Source of the DNA: Octopus vulgaris
Taxonomy: Eukaryota
Assembly: GCA_951406725.2 (NCBI GenBank)
Contig: OX597816.1
Location: forward strand, 98,642,001 to 98,706,000
Reading direction: 5' to 3'
Length of the DNA: 64,000 nt
Below the pieces are notes generated by a model. It was not told the origin of the DNA and did no database searches. It saw only the letters and a program-made list of their open reading frames with translations. Every line of letters starts with the position of its first letter. The first letter of the stretch is position 1. This document shows, piece after piece, positions 13,771 through 28,745 of the stretch. Both the position numbers and the translations under genes were made by a program.

Positions 13771-15587
13771 TTGGAGCTGGCTTGACTGCGCCGATAGGGG
13801 TGGGATAGTTGATCATGTCAATCAGGCTTCAAAATCATGTTGTTCGAATGCTTGGGTAAGTGTTTTCTTACAATATTTACGGATTGGCTAATATCATCTG
13901 ACTGGATTCAGAGAAAGGGAAATTCTGAGGAAACTCCTTACTATTGTATATACATGTACATTTATATGTTTCCACATTTCACTTTATATTGGTAAATTAT
14001 GTAAATATCAATGAACAACAGGGGCCACTTCATATACGTCCCTTGCAAGAATAAACTCCTTCGAATGGAATTACAAATCCCTTCTTGTCCTTTCGCGATC
14101 GAAGAAATTTGCCATTGGAAGCAAAGACCAAGCGTGTGTGTGTGAGCACGCCCGTGTACATGTGTGTGCGTGTGCCTGTGTGTATAATTCATGCCGTTCA
14201 AATCATATACAGTGCCTTACAAATTGTTTGGTGCGAATACTTTCTATATATAATCATATCCACTTACCAAAAGGAAGAATGGGTGCTCTAAATTTATCTG
14301 CGAGAACAGGAAGCTAAAACAAAGGGCTTTACTGAGACTCTTCCACGAATTTGAAATGGAAAATAAATAATAAATCTTCTAGCATTAAACATCATTACAA
14401 TAGGACTGTAGAATTAAAGTGTGAATGATCCCGCATAAGATATGTTTGATAAGCATGCGTTCTCCTTCACGTTTTTAATTCAAGCCTGGGGCTAAAATGG
14501 AATCATTTCGTAAACGTTGACAGATTATAACTGGCTTAACAAGAGTTTCTATTTTTTCCCATACAGGGAGAATAAACTTGAAGTAGCTTTTAAGAAATGC
14601 TGTCTAAGTATATTATTTTCTTTTATTTCATCTTAATTTTATTTTATACGCACGGTCACTAATTTACTTTTAGGTATATTAGTAAAATTTGCGTATACGC
14701 ACACATCATTTCAGATAAGAAGCTCAAACTTGCTTCCTTTCTTTGTCGAATGAAATAGAGAAGAACTTGATAATAGACAATTATTCAAAATTAGACGATC
14801 AGTTCTCCTGTTCGACCAACAGAGAGAGATAGAGAGAAAGAGGGAGAGAGGGATAAATAGCGAGAGGGAATTCTGATACATAAGTGCATTGTCTATTTAC
14901 ATAGCATTGTTGAAATATTTATACATATACTTTCATACATTTGTGTGTGTGTATGTGGGTGTAATTCATCCCAGCTGATCCATTCAAACTTTCTCATTAC
15001 ACTAAGTACTTCATTTATGAAAGAAAGTGTGAATTACTTAGCACAACTGAAGACAAAAAGTCAGGTACTTTTAGGCCTATGCAAGTTTCAGTATTTATCT
15101 TGCGATGTTGGTGGTACCGTCTAGATAAGCTATACTTGAAGGGATCTTTCCAAATAGTTATATCAGTCAAGAATCTACTTTATATCAAGCGCCTAATTTA
15201 CGTAATTAAGGTAAAACAATATCAACGTTACTGGCATATATAACCCACCCAAATGCTGGTATATATAGAATTGCACCGCTAAAGACACACCGAAAACAAA
15301 ATCCATCCAAGGAATGAGGATGGAATACGGCCAGGCTACCTCACTACTTTTACCTATATTTTAATTTCAGTGAATTTTGTTCAATCGCACGCTGCCACTC
15401 CCTTCTCAGTCACACATTTACCACGTCTATTACTTTTTCAGTTCTTCGTTTTCTTCATTCCATTAATATTTTCACAATTATTATAATCCGTATTAACATT
15501 ATCACCATCACCGTTATCATCATCATCATAATCATTATCATTATTATTATTTGTATCATTAGTTAAGGGGAAGAATCACCGAGAAAG

Positions 15588-15765
15588 ATGCTACGGACTT
15601 TTTCGTCCGTTGTTACGTTCTGAGTTCAAATTCCGCTGCGGTCGACTTTACCCTTGATCGTTTCGGGGTCGATAAATTAAATACCGTTGAAACACTGGGG
15701 TCCATGTAATCGACTACTCTCCTACCTCAAAATTTCAGGCCCTTGTGCCTTTAGTAGAAAGGATT
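15588..15765 (+). mobile_element. SINE (octopus-type, tRNA-derived family)
   Basis: gttctgagttcaaattcc (B-box-like), ggtcgacttt, cggggtcgataaa, cactggggtc; matches 28352 and 49643. Confidence 0.85.
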
Positions 15766-16118
15766 ATCATCATCTTTATTATTATTATTATTATTATTGT
15801 TATTATTATTATTTTTATTATTGTAGACGTCGCACAGTATACAATATTGTGAGGTTGTTGATTGAAGATTATTGTGTCCACCGTGTGCTTGTACTGTTTG
15901 TCAAGTCACAGCAAGGAACTCCAACAGACAGTACTTTGCCCAATATACGTCCAGTTCCAAGTAATGCCGACTTTTGCAATACACCTAGATAGCAGGGTAG
16001 TTCTAAAGTTTTCAGTTGTTTTTTTTTCCGATTGAGTGCTCCGAAAACAAAACAGATAACCTTTATGTTTGACTCTTGTAGCAGTCGCATCTTAGCGATC
16101 TCAATACGTAGACTATCA
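15765..16118 (-). mobile_element. R4/Dong-type LINE 3' end with (TAA)n tail
   Basis: Minus strand SLRIEIAKMRL...VFGAL...LQKSALLGTGRILGKVLSV (RLE-LINE C-terminus); (TTA)n on plus at ~15777-15822. Confidence 0.85.
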
Positions 16119-16179
16119 TCTTGTAATCAATTTACTTTTAAAACAAACTTCTAATCTACTTATGTTTCTCAGACATTCT

Positions 16180-16317
16180 CTAGAACAATACACTGCGCAA
16201 AACAAAATATATGTCACCCTAGTCATACCACCAACTTGAAATTCTAACTTGTTATTTCTTGAAGTCTCTGGGCGAGACTTGGGGTGAACAAATACAAAGC
16301 AAAAGCCAAACATATAT

Positions 16318-16320
<3 letters not shown>
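16180..16320 (+). mobile_element. Probable short R4/Dong-type 3'UTR fragment followed by (CTA)n
   Basis: gaagtctctgggcgagacttgg...caaatacaaagcaaaagccaaacata then a triplet tail. Recognised from memory of this repeat family only. Confidence 0.45.
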
Positions 16321-16359
<39 letters not shown>

Positions 16360-16419
16360 AACAACAAGAACCATTGTATGATAAAGCCAGAAGATACGTC
16401 AAATTCTGGGATTTGTTGT

Positions 16420-16935
16420 ATTTGGAATTCACAAAGATATATCTTTGCCTGTTTCTTTACTGAGAATGATGTATTCTTGTTTACTCAGGTTAAGGCAAGT
16501 TTTAACATTCAGTCATCAGAGTTTTCCAGGTAGGTGTTTAGGCCAATTGTGGCAATCTTCATTGACAATTCCACGGCCATTGACAAGTCCACGGCCACTG
16601 TATGTTCTTGATAAGTGTAAAGTCGTTCTATATCTACCATAGAGTGGTGTATTTTAAGCATTGTTAACAATTTTCTTTGTTTTTTTTTTTTTTTTTTTTG
16701 TCAAGGTTACAGATTTCAGTAATTGACCAGTTAATATTGAAACTTTAAGTCCCGGTCGGTATGTCTAAATATTGATCGCTTCATGCATTCACCTCTGTAA
16801 TGAAAATTGCCCTTATCTTGCGATATCATTCTTTTCTGATCTTTTCGCTCATCATTGAACATTTGATTCTATGATCTTCAAATACCCCTAGGTATATGTA
16901 GCTCTCTGCTGGTTCTAACTATTTTATTTGACATT
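16420..16935 (-). mobile_element. R4/Dong-type LINE internal (RT thumb) fragment
   Basis: Minus strand ESYIYLGVFE...EKIRKE*YRKIRAI...INWSITEICNLD...RKLLTMLKIHHSMVDIERLY...GRGL. Confidence 0.8.
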
Positions 16936-16947
16936 CTGTTTGTCAAA

Positions 16948-17064
<117 letters not shown>

Positions 17065-17069
17065 GAGGT

Positions 17070-20000
17070 AATTCTAATTTTATTATCAGGAATTTTGTTA
17101 TAAAATTTGGTGGACAACACGTCTTCTCATTTCATAATTGATATTTGTCAAACGTTTCCTTTTCTTTCATTGCAATTGGATAATCTCTTGGCATTGCCTA
17201 GCTAATTATTGGGCACTCAGGTTGTCCCTCTTAAAGACAATTATATGCAGCCTTCGGTATAATAATATCTTGTCATACTGGAAGTCTAAGTCTCAAGGTA
17301 ACTTTACTTTCCTATTTTCGTCCATTATCTTTTCTGTTTTATGTTGGTGGCAAGCAGCCGTTAACTCATACCCATACTTCCAGAACAATATCCAATGAGG
17401 GTTATGGGCTAACTTGTCATGACTGCGCTTGTACTCTTTCTGTGCAAGTCTTTCACAACCGCTAAAGACTTTCCCCTTTGTTCATACACATCGTGCACAG
17501 TTTCGTTGCACTTGTTTGGTATATATCACTTTTCACTGATTTGGTATACCATGCCTGCTGCTGGGTCGCGGAAATGAGGCTTTCATCCCACTGTTTAAGG
17601 CCATATTTGCTGATCCACATCCATTATGCTTTCTGGTCTTTTAAATAGTTAACTGACCAATCCGCGATGGAACTGATCATGTGGTAAGATTCGGAATAGT
17701 GTTTTTACTTAGTTCCTACTCGATGATGACTCGCGAACGGAAGTCATTAGCTTTCTCAAGTGCATTATTGGTAAATCCTTTCCACTTTGGCAACATAATG
17801 TAATGGATCTTTTTACTAAACACTACGTCAAGTTTCTTCTTTCACTGTCAAATGAGTCGTGTAGGACTATCAGGCCACGTGCGTCTTTACCCCTCTTCCT
17901 CTTTAGTCTGTGTACATTCGCTTTATGGTAGAAGCACCATACATTGTAGTCTTTCGCGTAGTGCCATTGCGTTCGTCAATCTCTGCTCCGCTAATTTCAG
18001 AACGGGTGCACTATAGTAAACTATACCAACAGGTGATATGTTGATGGTGGTTACAAGGTTCCTTGCACTGATTTGTGACTTCAAGAGAAGTCTGTGGTGC
18101 TTGAAGCATTTAGCGGTGACCACATCGTTTAGTTATCTGTGCAAGATGAATAGTCCAGCACCAGGTTCCCAAGGCATTGTACCCAACATCATCTGGTCTC
18201 ACATTCGCTCTTTCTTTGGCAATTCTATGCTCCTGAAATCTACTCTTTCCTCGTGTTTCTAAGTGAGCTTAAAGTACTTTGAGATCCTGAATTCCTTTCC
18301 TACATTCGTAGTGCATATCTCTATAGTCTCGCCATCCCAGCTCCTGTTCTAGTGAACAGTTTTAAATTGCCTGTAAAGAGAAGGTGCTCGAGGCGAGGTC
18401 TATTCCTCCTCAGCTCATAGGGTGCGTTGAGTTTGAGCGGAATTAAAGAAATTAAAGAAGCAAGATTCTCCCAGGAAGATTACACTGTTGATTGTTACCT
18501 CAGTTAAGTGCTAGATGTTAGAGGAAATCGTATTTTCCAACTAGGTTTGCTGACATTGATTAGTGCACGCACAATCTCAGCTAACCCACACACGTCGAGT
18601 GTTTACAATCCAGGAATTCGGAAACATGACATACGTCATTTTAAAGTCTATACATTTTAGTAACGTTTGCAGTTCTCCATTACATCCTTGAATCATTTGT
18701 TCTACCGGAAGTACATTGGTTTGCTCAAGGAACGTATATATTTTCTTTGCGAGATGTCTATTAACAGTTTTCAGAAAAAGGGTAAGACAAACAATGTGTC
18801 GGTAATTGCCAACCACATTGCCCCTTGGTCGATCTTTCATGGACAAAATTTTTCTTTTCTTTCTACTGTCCGTTACGGAACCGCACCATTCTGTAGGCAA
18901 TCGTATAATTGCAAACCAGTTTTTTCTTGTGTTGCCTTCAAACACTTGGACCAGCCTTTGATTACAACTGGCCTTACTGTTCTCCAGTGAGGCAGTTTCG
19001 ATAACTGCAATTGCATCTTCCATTATTATGCGTAGATGATCCTGCCCTGGACCTTTAGTGTGATGGAGTTTGGTTCTCATGGAATAAATCCACTCAACAC
19101 TGTAGTTATGGGAAACCTAATGCTCAAGTATGTTCAGAATGTATGTTATCTTTTGTATTTCCATCCAAGCTCTTAAAAATCCGCCTCTGTTCATTTGTAA
19201 ATAGCTTGCTGTGACAGAACTACGATGCATTGATTTAAGGCTTCAGTAATAGTTTTGAACCCATTCCTTTCTATATGGTATTTCAATTCGAGATATGCCT
19301 TCACATTTTCTTTAATATGTTTCCATTCTTTTATGGGACTCAGGTCTTTATGCAAGGTTTTAATATCACCGATTAACCGTTTCCATCATGGCTCCTTCTG
19401 TTCCGCTGCTTTCCTCTCTTTTATTTTTTTAACCTGTTCCCCAACTATAATTGAAGCGAATATAATCAAATCTCTTGTTTCTGATACATCTTTCGTTGGG
19501 ATATAATTTAAAGTTCTATCAATGTATTGGATAGCTCGCTTCACATTGTCACGGTCGAAGCATCTCAAATTCACGGTTCTTGTAGTGTTTATTGATTCGG
19601 GTTTTATCATTAAGTTGCTCAGTCACTTTCTGGTAATACAGGGTCTACAACATCATACTGGATCCTTTCCATTCACCCATACGAGTCCCTCTTCTTTACT
19701 ACACATACGCTTTGCATTTTTATTTGCTCACCTTCACCTACATTATTCGGAATGAGTTTAACATCACCACACAAGTTTTCTCTGATTGCCTGAATTTGGG
19801 TTTCATTAAGAAAGTCTCTATTCCGAAACATTCTTATCTTATTCGTGAGGCCATTTTCATTAATCTTAAACATACTTAGCTAGTACCCAACATACTACTT
19901 TTCTAACAGTGTTACGTTTGACATTACTCATGTCCAGCAAAGCTTGTTCATGACAGTTCCTTTTTGTTTACATCGGCAGGCCACTTGCCCTTGCAAGCAC

Positions 20001-20165
20001 GTTGTGCATTTTAACAAGTAGCTGGACCACGGCCAGCTGGAGTCTGTTCTCCAGTTCCATTGCCCTCTTAGAGACACTTGTCGAGGAGAGTAGCTCGTTG
20101 TATTGAACACATAGGTTAGTCTTCAAATTGATACCGTTGTCTGGATGGATATTAGTTACCATCGT
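17070..20165 (-). mobile_element. Long, heavily degraded R4/Dong-type LINE (RT, CCHC and RLE remnants)
   Basis: Minus-strand motifs in order: IPTKDVSETRDLI..KEP*WKRLI, NYRHIVCL, CIDFKMTYVMFPNSWI, IFLGES (IFQGDS), LLLKSQISARNLVTTIN, SGCERLAQKEYKRSHDKL, DFQYDK..RRLHIIV..KETFDKYQ. Confidence 0.88.
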
Positions 20166-20259
20166 GCGTTTTCTATATTTCTATATTTATATACATATAT
20201 GCAAACGAGTGTGTAGGGGGGTGTATTTATATGGATATGTATATATATATATATATATG

Positions 20260-20291
<32 letters not shown>

Positions 20292-20299
20292 TAAATAGG

Positions 20300-20441
20300 T
20301 ATAGGAGTGGCTTACCTACCACATAGCTCCGGGTTCAGTGCCACTGCGTGGCACCTTGCGCAAGTGTCTTCTACTGTAGCCTTATGGCCTACCAAAGTCT
20401 TGTAAATGGACTTGGTGAACGGAAACTAAAAGGAGCCAGTC

Positions 20442-20445
<4 letters not shown>
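20300..20445 (+). mobile_element. SINE, second octopus-type tRNA-derived family (5' part)
   Basis: ccgggttcagtgccactgcgtggcaccttgcgcaagtgtcttctactgtagcc...ggaaactaaaaggagccagtcgta, followed by (TA)n. Confidence 0.75.
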
Positions 20446-20492
<47 letters not shown>

Positions 20493-21818
20493 CGTGTGTA
20501 TGTGTGTATGTTCATATCATATATTGTAGTATATATATCCTCGCATAATTTAATTATTCTGTATTGTTAAAATCTGTCTGATGAATGGCCAGGTGAATCT
20601 CAAAAAATCAATTAGTTAACGTTTGTTTCTCCAGGCGTAGCAAAATAGGATATATACATTCTGCGCATGCACGCGTGTGCGCGTGCGCACGAGAGAGAGA
20701 GTATTCCGCAATAATATTCCACTAACAACGTGTTGGTGAACATGAATCCATCCTAGAATCCATCCATCCAAATTGAATGACCAGCGCTATTCATCCTTAT
20801 TGGAGGCACATATCTGGAACGGAAAATGATAAGCAAAACCTCTATGATTACGACTTCGAATGGAGTTCATATTTATATTTTCGATTACTTTACTGATTGA
20901 TGTGAGAAATGGAGTGTATCAGTGCAATCCCAACCTAAATCGCCGTCGTCGTATTTCTCCTCCACCTCATGCTTCTCCATTTCCTCCTGCCATTCCCCCC
21001 TCCTCCTAATCACCCCCACCATCGCCACCACAGCCATCATTATCATCATCAATATTTCCTTCAACAGCGTACGAAAACAACAGTATTACTATAGCGACAA
21101 TAGTAATTGCATGAGAAGAATACTTTTTTTTCACAGTTTTCACTTTAAATAAACATTTACAGTGGTGTCAGTGGTTGGTTAATTACATTGATCCTTCTCC
21201 TGTGTACACAGTTATACTATCTAGAATGTTTTCGACATTGTGATACAATATCACCATAGTTAATAGACAAGAATAGAAATAATTTTGTTCTACAATGTTA
21301 ATTAAAATGTCGATTTTAGTAAAATATTATCTGAGGTTAACATTAAAAACTGATTTTTAATGCGTCTTCTCTAAAAGACAAAACGCAAAAACATAAATTC
21401 TCAGGTGAAAATATTAATAAATTAAACGGATTTTTTGCGATAAATATACAAAAAATATTTCATATTGAATATAGTTATGGGAAAATATTATTTTCAAATT
21501 GAAATTTTAAATTAATTGCTTCTGTAAATTGTAAAAACTTGATTGTGCACCTAAATTGTAATGGATTTCTATGTTTTTTTTAAAAATCAAATAAACATTA
21601 GATTGCATTCGGCCAATAAACTGTTGCATATGTTACGCGTGAAACATTGTTATGAATTGCATAGCGCAATTGCATTTATTTACACACATACACATATATG
21701 TCTGTCCCTCTCGTGTGTGTGAACGAGTGCATGTATTAGAGTGAGTGCACACATAAAATTTAATATGTTTCAACACACGAATTCACATAATGAAACTTGT
21801 AAACCATTATACAAAAGC

Positions 21819-21856
21819 TATATATATATATATATATATATACACATGTGTATGTG

Positions 21857-21888
<32 letters not shown>

Positions 21889-21906
21889 CGTATGTATATA
21901 TATATG

Positions 21907-21943
<37 letters not shown>

Positions 21944-22161
21944 GTATATATATGTATATATATATATATATATATATACGTATGTGTATATATATGTATA
22001 TACATATATACGTATGTGTATATATTTGTATATATATATATATACGTATGTGTATATATATATATATATACGTATGTGTATATATACGTATATATATACA
22101 TGTGTGTATGTGTATGTATATATGTATGTATATATATATATGCAAGCACACATACATACAT

Positions 22162-22203
<42 letters not shown>
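21819..22203. repeat. Compound (TA)n tract with recurring TACGTATGTG interruptions
   Basis: Directly visible; source of six overlapping YIYI ORFs. Confidence 0.95.
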
Positions 22204-22205
<2 letters not shown>

Positions 22206-23365
22206 TATTCATAGATACATATGTATGCATGTATGGTATGTATCTATCTATGCCTGTATGTATGTCTTTTATTTGTTTCACTCATTAGACTGCGGCTATG
22301 CTGTGACACAGCCTTGAGGAATTTTAATCAAAAATTGAACCCAGTATTTATTATCAATTTCTGTATATATGTGTGTGAGTGTGTGTTTGTGTGTACATGT
22401 ATGTACGTATGTATATATGTATGTAAGTATAGCTTCTCAGTGCAAATTACATAGCAATTCTCCCATATATTTTCACACAAACAATACATTGAATATTGTA
22501 TGAAATTCCGCATATTTGATGTTGAATATTATAATAAAAATAACTCAATAAATAAATAAGTCATCTCAGAAATATTGCTATTCTTCCGTGTCACTATGAA
22601 CAAATCTTAGATATGTACCATACCTTATATATATACATATGATAAACATAAGTGGTTAGTGAGATTGTTATACGGTTCGGTGTCTAAGTCGGAATCTCCA
22701 AAGCAGAGGCCACATATACGTAATGTTTCAATGTCATTGCTATCAACATTTTTCCTCTTTTCAGTACTCGATCAATAGGACAAATAAAACAAACTATAAC
22801 GGATTGCTGTTAAACTTTGATCTTCTTAAAAAATACTTCGAATTCTATAATTCATCTTCCTAGTTTAGTTCAGTAGCAACAATAAGATCTACAACAGAAA
22901 CGGCAATTTCGATTTATATCTGACATTCGTGACCGAATGTCTGCCATCCCATGACTGCTGTCACATGCATTCTCTTGAGGTCTGGGCTACGGTTCCCGGT
23001 CCTGTCGTCGCAGCTATAGTTTCTGCAATGATCATATCATCGTCATTTACTGTGGCTGCTGACAGTACTACTTCTCTATTCAGCTGCAAGAATAATGCTT
23101 CGCCAACTCAATCTTGAAACACCGCAGTTCCACTAAATCATGTCAGGCAACAAGTAAACTCGTAAACTACTCATCCCTACAACTGCACTTCCGAAATCAA
23201 TTATCTCAGGATAATCCATAAGAACCCACATTAGGATCTACACTCCGCTCATAAATAAAACAGAATTTCTAAGTATACCGCTACACTCCAGAAACATAAA
23301 CATTAACCAAAACCAGTAACGAAGTATCTACAAAAATGATATCTTTATGTATTTTCCTCAAAATA

Positions 23366-23488
23366 CTTAGCGGTATTTCATCTGTCTTCACCTTCGTCCT
23401 AACGGGGTCGATATATTAAGTAGCAGTTAAGTACTGGGGTCGATGTAATCGTCTTAGCCTCTTTCCAAAATTGCTGGCATTGAAACCA
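23366..23488 (+). mobile_element. Degraded SINE, family of 28352
   Basis: cttagcggtatttcatctgtc...cggggtcgat...gtactggggtcgatgtaatcg. Confidence 0.75.
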
Positions 23489-26122
23489 TTTTGTATCTTC
23501 TCCCCCAAAAGATGGGAGTTTTTAAAAAAACCAGAAGTACCAATTATGACGATATCCGACGATACGACAGCAGTCACAGCGACTCCAGATGACAGTTCTT
23601 GTCAAAGAACTCGCTTCTTAGCCGTGCAGACTTTAACGGGTGAAGTACAAAGAAGCTCTCTCGGTATGCCGTATGAAGCACAATTGTTACTTCACTGCAA
23701 GAAAAGTATCCATTGTTGCCACTAAAAATCAACAAAGAAAATGCATGTGCTGTGTAGTGACGAATAAAACAGTAACTTTGGCAACGGCAATCTTGCAAGA
23801 TATCTAAGTAATCAGTTCATCTACAAATGAACAAAACAGGAAATTTATTCTAACCGATAACAAACTCAAACAATTTCAAATATACACCTGAATTATTGAA
23901 ATTATGAAGATTCAGACCCAATATTATTTTCTGTGTCTAATATTCTGTCTCCCTTCATCGCTCAATTTCTCACGAATACAGTCAAACACGCGCGCACGCA
24001 ACTATGCTTGTACATATAGATCCATATGTAAAGATATGCATATGTATATATACATATATTTATTTGTAAACACACACACACAGAGGCATATATTTTCCAT
24101 ATGCTTGAATCTCTGCTTATATCTGTGTGTTTGACTATCTACCTATCTACTCTCTATTTATCAAGTTGATAACATTTTATGGAAAATACTTCGGCCGCTA
24201 ACTGTTTCGAATTTGGGAATCAATGCATATATGTGCAGAGTAATTAAAAAATGGTGTCTGAATATAAGCGGTGCAGATCTGTCGTATATAGTTTGCGCTA
24301 ATTTAGTTTCATGCAAGAAACAGTTAATCTTTGGTAGATTTATACTTTCCTCTTATCGAACTTGGATACTGAACCTAGACTCTGTTTTGTCAAACACATA
24401 ATGCACCCATATATACATGATTTTCGCTCTTTGCGCTGTTATATTATTTGCTTGCTTTTAAAGAACCTTCCTCCCATCAGCCTTTAATGTTCAATTTATA
24501 TTGTTTCCCTGCAAAATAATTCAAGTTTCTTAGCGTTACAAAGTTCAGTATTTGTGATAAACCATTACCCCACTGCATATTTGTATGTATATATGTGCGT
24601 GCAAGTGTATTTTTTATCGATTGTGGCTGTCTTTCCTCCGAAAACGTATATACTCAACTTAATTTTGCTTAAATGATTTCTTTGAAATATTATATACTAA
24701 ATGACAAACTGACTGCTACTACTACTGCTGCTACTACTACTACTTCCTACACGTCGATCATTTCAACCTCTATCACTGTTTCTACAGCAATTAGGAAGAG
24801 AGTGAAGTTGTTCTAACCTCGCAGTTCGGTACTTGGTGAAAAGGCATTCAAATTAAGTTAATGTACATTTCTAGATTTTTTAGTTTACAGCTTGAATACG
24901 TTGTGATGTTGCGGCAATTTTAGAGACGCATTATTAATTACGTCTGTTCACCTACGCCGTAAATGATCTTTTCTATTTGCTCTCTTGGAGAAGTGAAATT
25001 AGCGCCTGTTATAGATTATATCTTTTCACTTCTGAAGATCATCTGAACGGCCTTCTCTGAAAAGATAATACTAACGTATTCGATTGTTTGAATTTACTAA
25101 CATTAAAATGTCCCTTCAGGACTTGGCCGTGCAATTAGTAAAAGAAATCGTTATTGCGTTTATTATGGCAGAGAGCTGAAGTAGGATAGTTACTTAAGTC
25201 CAACTGAGCTTCCGTTTTGGAGGGAAACCCTTAATTTCACTTCAATCGTAATGCCTTGTATTAATTTCACATCATTAATCTCTCGTTTCAGCATTCAGGT
25301 ATATTGTCTATTGTTGTTGTTGTTATCGTTGTAGCATTAAAGGTCATTAATTCAGTTCACTTTCGTGACATTCAAGCCAATAATGCCTAATATAGAACAA
25401 GCAAGATTTTCTCTAGCGTTATTTAGTCGCCGTATTTGGAACCAAAAATAAACAAAGATTTTTTTCTTCTTCTTTCTGCCTGAAGACATTGCAAGCGAGG
25501 GTTATCAGTCGACGAAGCTTCCCACAGCAATGTATATCAGAATAATTTGATGTGCATTATATACACTAAAAAATTGTTCGTCTAATCGATATAATCTCAA
25601 TATTATAAGACCCACTTCCAGGACATCTAATGATCTAAATATTTTCAGAAATAAATTTGGTAAGATGAAGCAAGCATTGATCAGTAGCCTGGTTTATAGA
25701 CACGAAAAATAAATAATGTACATTGCCAAAGTTAATCCTATCAAAATCCTGGCCTACTTAACATTCTTTACTAGAGGATGGAAAGTAAATAAATTATCTG
25801 AACATACATTCAGTAAGTTTTTATGTGGCATCTCTTCAAATTGTCTGATAACTGTGGACAGGCTGCCAATTTTATTGCGTTGCTTCTTCCAACCATACTT
25901 AATTTCTCACTCGCCATCTTCGTCATTTTTTCCAAGGAAATATTCCCTTGGGTCTCACTTACAATAACCTTCCAAATAGCTATAAACGTATTATTCCTGC
26001 ACGTTGCACATGTTCATAAACATGTTAAATACATATAAACAGTCCAGCACACATTCATTTCCATCTCTGCGTGTGTATTTAAATCCTTATTCACAAATTC
26101 ACTGACACACACACACACACAT

Positions 26123-26176
<54 letters not shown>

Positions 26177-26200
26177 TACACACACACACACACATATATA

Positions 26201-26231
<31 letters not shown>

Positions 26232-26233
26232 GC

Positions 26234-26264
<31 letters not shown>

Positions 26265-26690
26265 ATCATACACACTCCCACACACGTAAATATATATACA
26301 TACATATATATGCGTACACGCACACACACATATGGATGCACGTATAAGCAACCATTTAATAGCAAAATATGTGTACGTCTATCAAGAAAGCTAAAATTCC
26401 GGTATTGTCTACCATTAGAAGTATGTTGCGACAGCTTCACTTATCATGATTCGTCTCATCGATAATTGGCTAAAGTTTATATAGAAACCAACATGTCACT
26501 CTATAAATTGATTAAGCTCACTATTCAGTATAGTCATGCCTAATATGATTCTAATTCTTTCAACGTACTGTGTTTCAACTAAATATTAGGCCGTATAAAG
26601 AAACAAATTTATCCCCCCCCATACAGACACACAGAGACACATACATGCACGCACACGCATTTATATGTGCATATATGTATGCATATACAG

Positions 26691-26761
<71 letters not shown>

Positions 26762-26787
26762 TGTGTGTGTGTGTTTGTTTATGCAAA

Positions 26788-27026
26788 GAAAAGAATCTGA
26801 AAATACAGATAAAAGTATTTATTACCTTAACCGGTTTCATTTATTTAAAAAAGCTTTTCAAAAGTAAAGAATGAGGATCTGTGTATCCCCTCTAGATTTA
26901 AAAATTAGTTTACATTAATGTATTCAAATGAATTAATTTTCTAATACTACGGAGGATACACAAAACATCGGGCTTTACATTTGAAAATCTTTTTAAATAA
27001 CTGAAACTGGTTTTCAGATTCTTTTC
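26788..27026. repeat. Imperfect inverted repeat, probably a PLE pseudo-LTR relic
   Basis: Arms 26788-26888 and 26954-27026 pair as gaaaagaatctgaaaa/ttttcagattcttttc, aaccggtttca/tgaaactggtt and tgtgtatcc/ggatacaca. Adjacent to (TA)n; contains a GAAACCGGT-type motif. Confidence 0.7.
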
Positions 27027-28351
27027 CTTATATCGTTCGGTTACCCCAACCTTACTTTGTATAAAAAGAGTTTGTATTGGAGATATAAACTGTAAACAGC
27101 AGTCTAATCTGTTCAAGAAGAAAGTGTTTTGTTTTCAAATGTCGCATAACTACCAGTTCTCTTGAGACAAAATGTTAATGGTTTCAGCTCGTTTGAAGCC
27201 TAAATTCAGAGGTCATTTAGGTTTTTTCGAAAGAAGGATGATAATGATTCCCAGATCTCAAAGGATCTCAAAGGGTGCCAGTGTATTGAATTGTCGAAAC
27301 TTATGAGGTTAAAAATATTGCATTTTACCTTCCCGACCAGTATTTAAGAACGAGAAAATTCGACGCATTAAATTGTCAATTATTTTCTTCTGCCTATCAT
27401 TAGATTAGTTGTATTTTATACTGAAGTGTATTGGTACCTTTTGTAGTATTGCCATATTAGTAATCCATTTAATGTTATACGTTTTGAAGAATTGAACCGT
27501 ATGATATGATAAAAAAAAATTCCACTTATAATTTTGAGGCTAAATTTCTATACATTTGTTTCATATATTTCTTCATACTACTTTCTGTTCAGCGAATTTT
27601 GATAACTTTTCTACATATTTTCAACCAAGCTTGTTGTCTAAAGGTATTACAAAACGAATTATGGCACATTCTCTTTTTCGTTATATTAAATTCGTGTACA
27701 TTTCCATGATATCTTGTCTACAATATTCGATTAACCTATCCTTTTTGGTATCAAGCTTACATGAAATAATTGGATTCGAACGTTCATTTACAGCCTTTTC
27801 TGGTACATCAATGACGCACGTGTTTCTTCAGAGTTATGATTTTGCTACTTGCTACAAAGAGACCAGTATTTCTACTCCACTTATTATTTAACCGTCATAT
27901 ATTTGCAGAAGTGCTGCAAAATACATCTGTGTTTACCGATTATACATTCGGGATCTTCAATCATTATTCTTGCTGTTTTATTTTCTCTTTCAATTTATAA
28001 ACCTTCACTCTGGAGTCTCCCACATGATAATCCATTTATTTTACTTTCACAATCTTGGTATCTAAGTAGAAATTTCCATGTAACTGTATTCATCTAAGAG
28101 TTTCCTTTCTTTAAACCTTTCACGTACATTGTTAAGCTCTTTTGTATTTCATCAAGTTCAACGCAAGACGTAGTTCCCTTACACAATACTTATGCAGATT
28201 TCACTCATTACATGGCAGTGTTCACTGACATTTGCTTTCTATCTACACAGTCGGGAAAGCCAAATAATCACCACAGTCCAAGCTACTCTTTCTTGTAGAA
28301 ATACCTGGCACTTCTCAACGGGTGATGTATTACATTCATTGTTAGGTTTAA

Positions 28352-28745
28352 GGCGGCGAGCGGCCTGAAAGGTTAGCACGCCGGGCGAAATGCTTAGCAG
28401 TATTTCGTCTACCGCTGCGTTCTGGGTTCAAATTCCGTCGAGGTCGACTATGCCTTTCATCCTTCCGGGGTCGATTAAATAAGTATCAGTTACGCACTGG
28501 GGTCTATATAATCGACTTAATCCGTTTGTCTGTCCTTGCTTGTTTTCTCAGTGTTTAGCCCCTTGTGCGTAGTAAAGAAATAGGTATTTCATCTCTCTTT
28601 ATGTTCTGAATTCAAATTCCGCTGAGGTCGACTTTGCTCTTCATCTTTCTGGATCGAAAAGTTAAATACCAGTTGCGTACTGAGATCGTCAAATCGACTG
28701 GCCCCCTCCACCAAAATTTCGGGCCTTGAGCCTAGGACAGAAAAG
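28352..28745 (+). mobile_element. Full-length, internally duplicated (dimeric) SINE with 17-bp TSD
   Basis: GGCGGCGAG head, ggttcaaattcc B-box-like, gcctttcatccttccggggtcgat core, second body from ~28580. TSD attcattgttaggttta (28334-28350) and attcattgttagcttta (28746-28762). Confidence 0.93.

Noticed and set aside
20575-20605. CTGATGA...GAAT hammerhead-like string
   Set aside because: The GAAA core is broken and no stems can be supported.
21741-22317. Overlapping 117-175 aa YIYI/CVCV ORFs (also at 6.1, 26.6, 38.8, 51.5 and 55.1 kb)
   Set aside because: These are translations of (TA)n and (TG)n repeats, which lack stop codons.
28352-28440. tRNA-like A/B-box sequences here and at 49643 and 20300
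   Set aside because: These are SINE heads with no complete cloverleaf, not tRNA genes.
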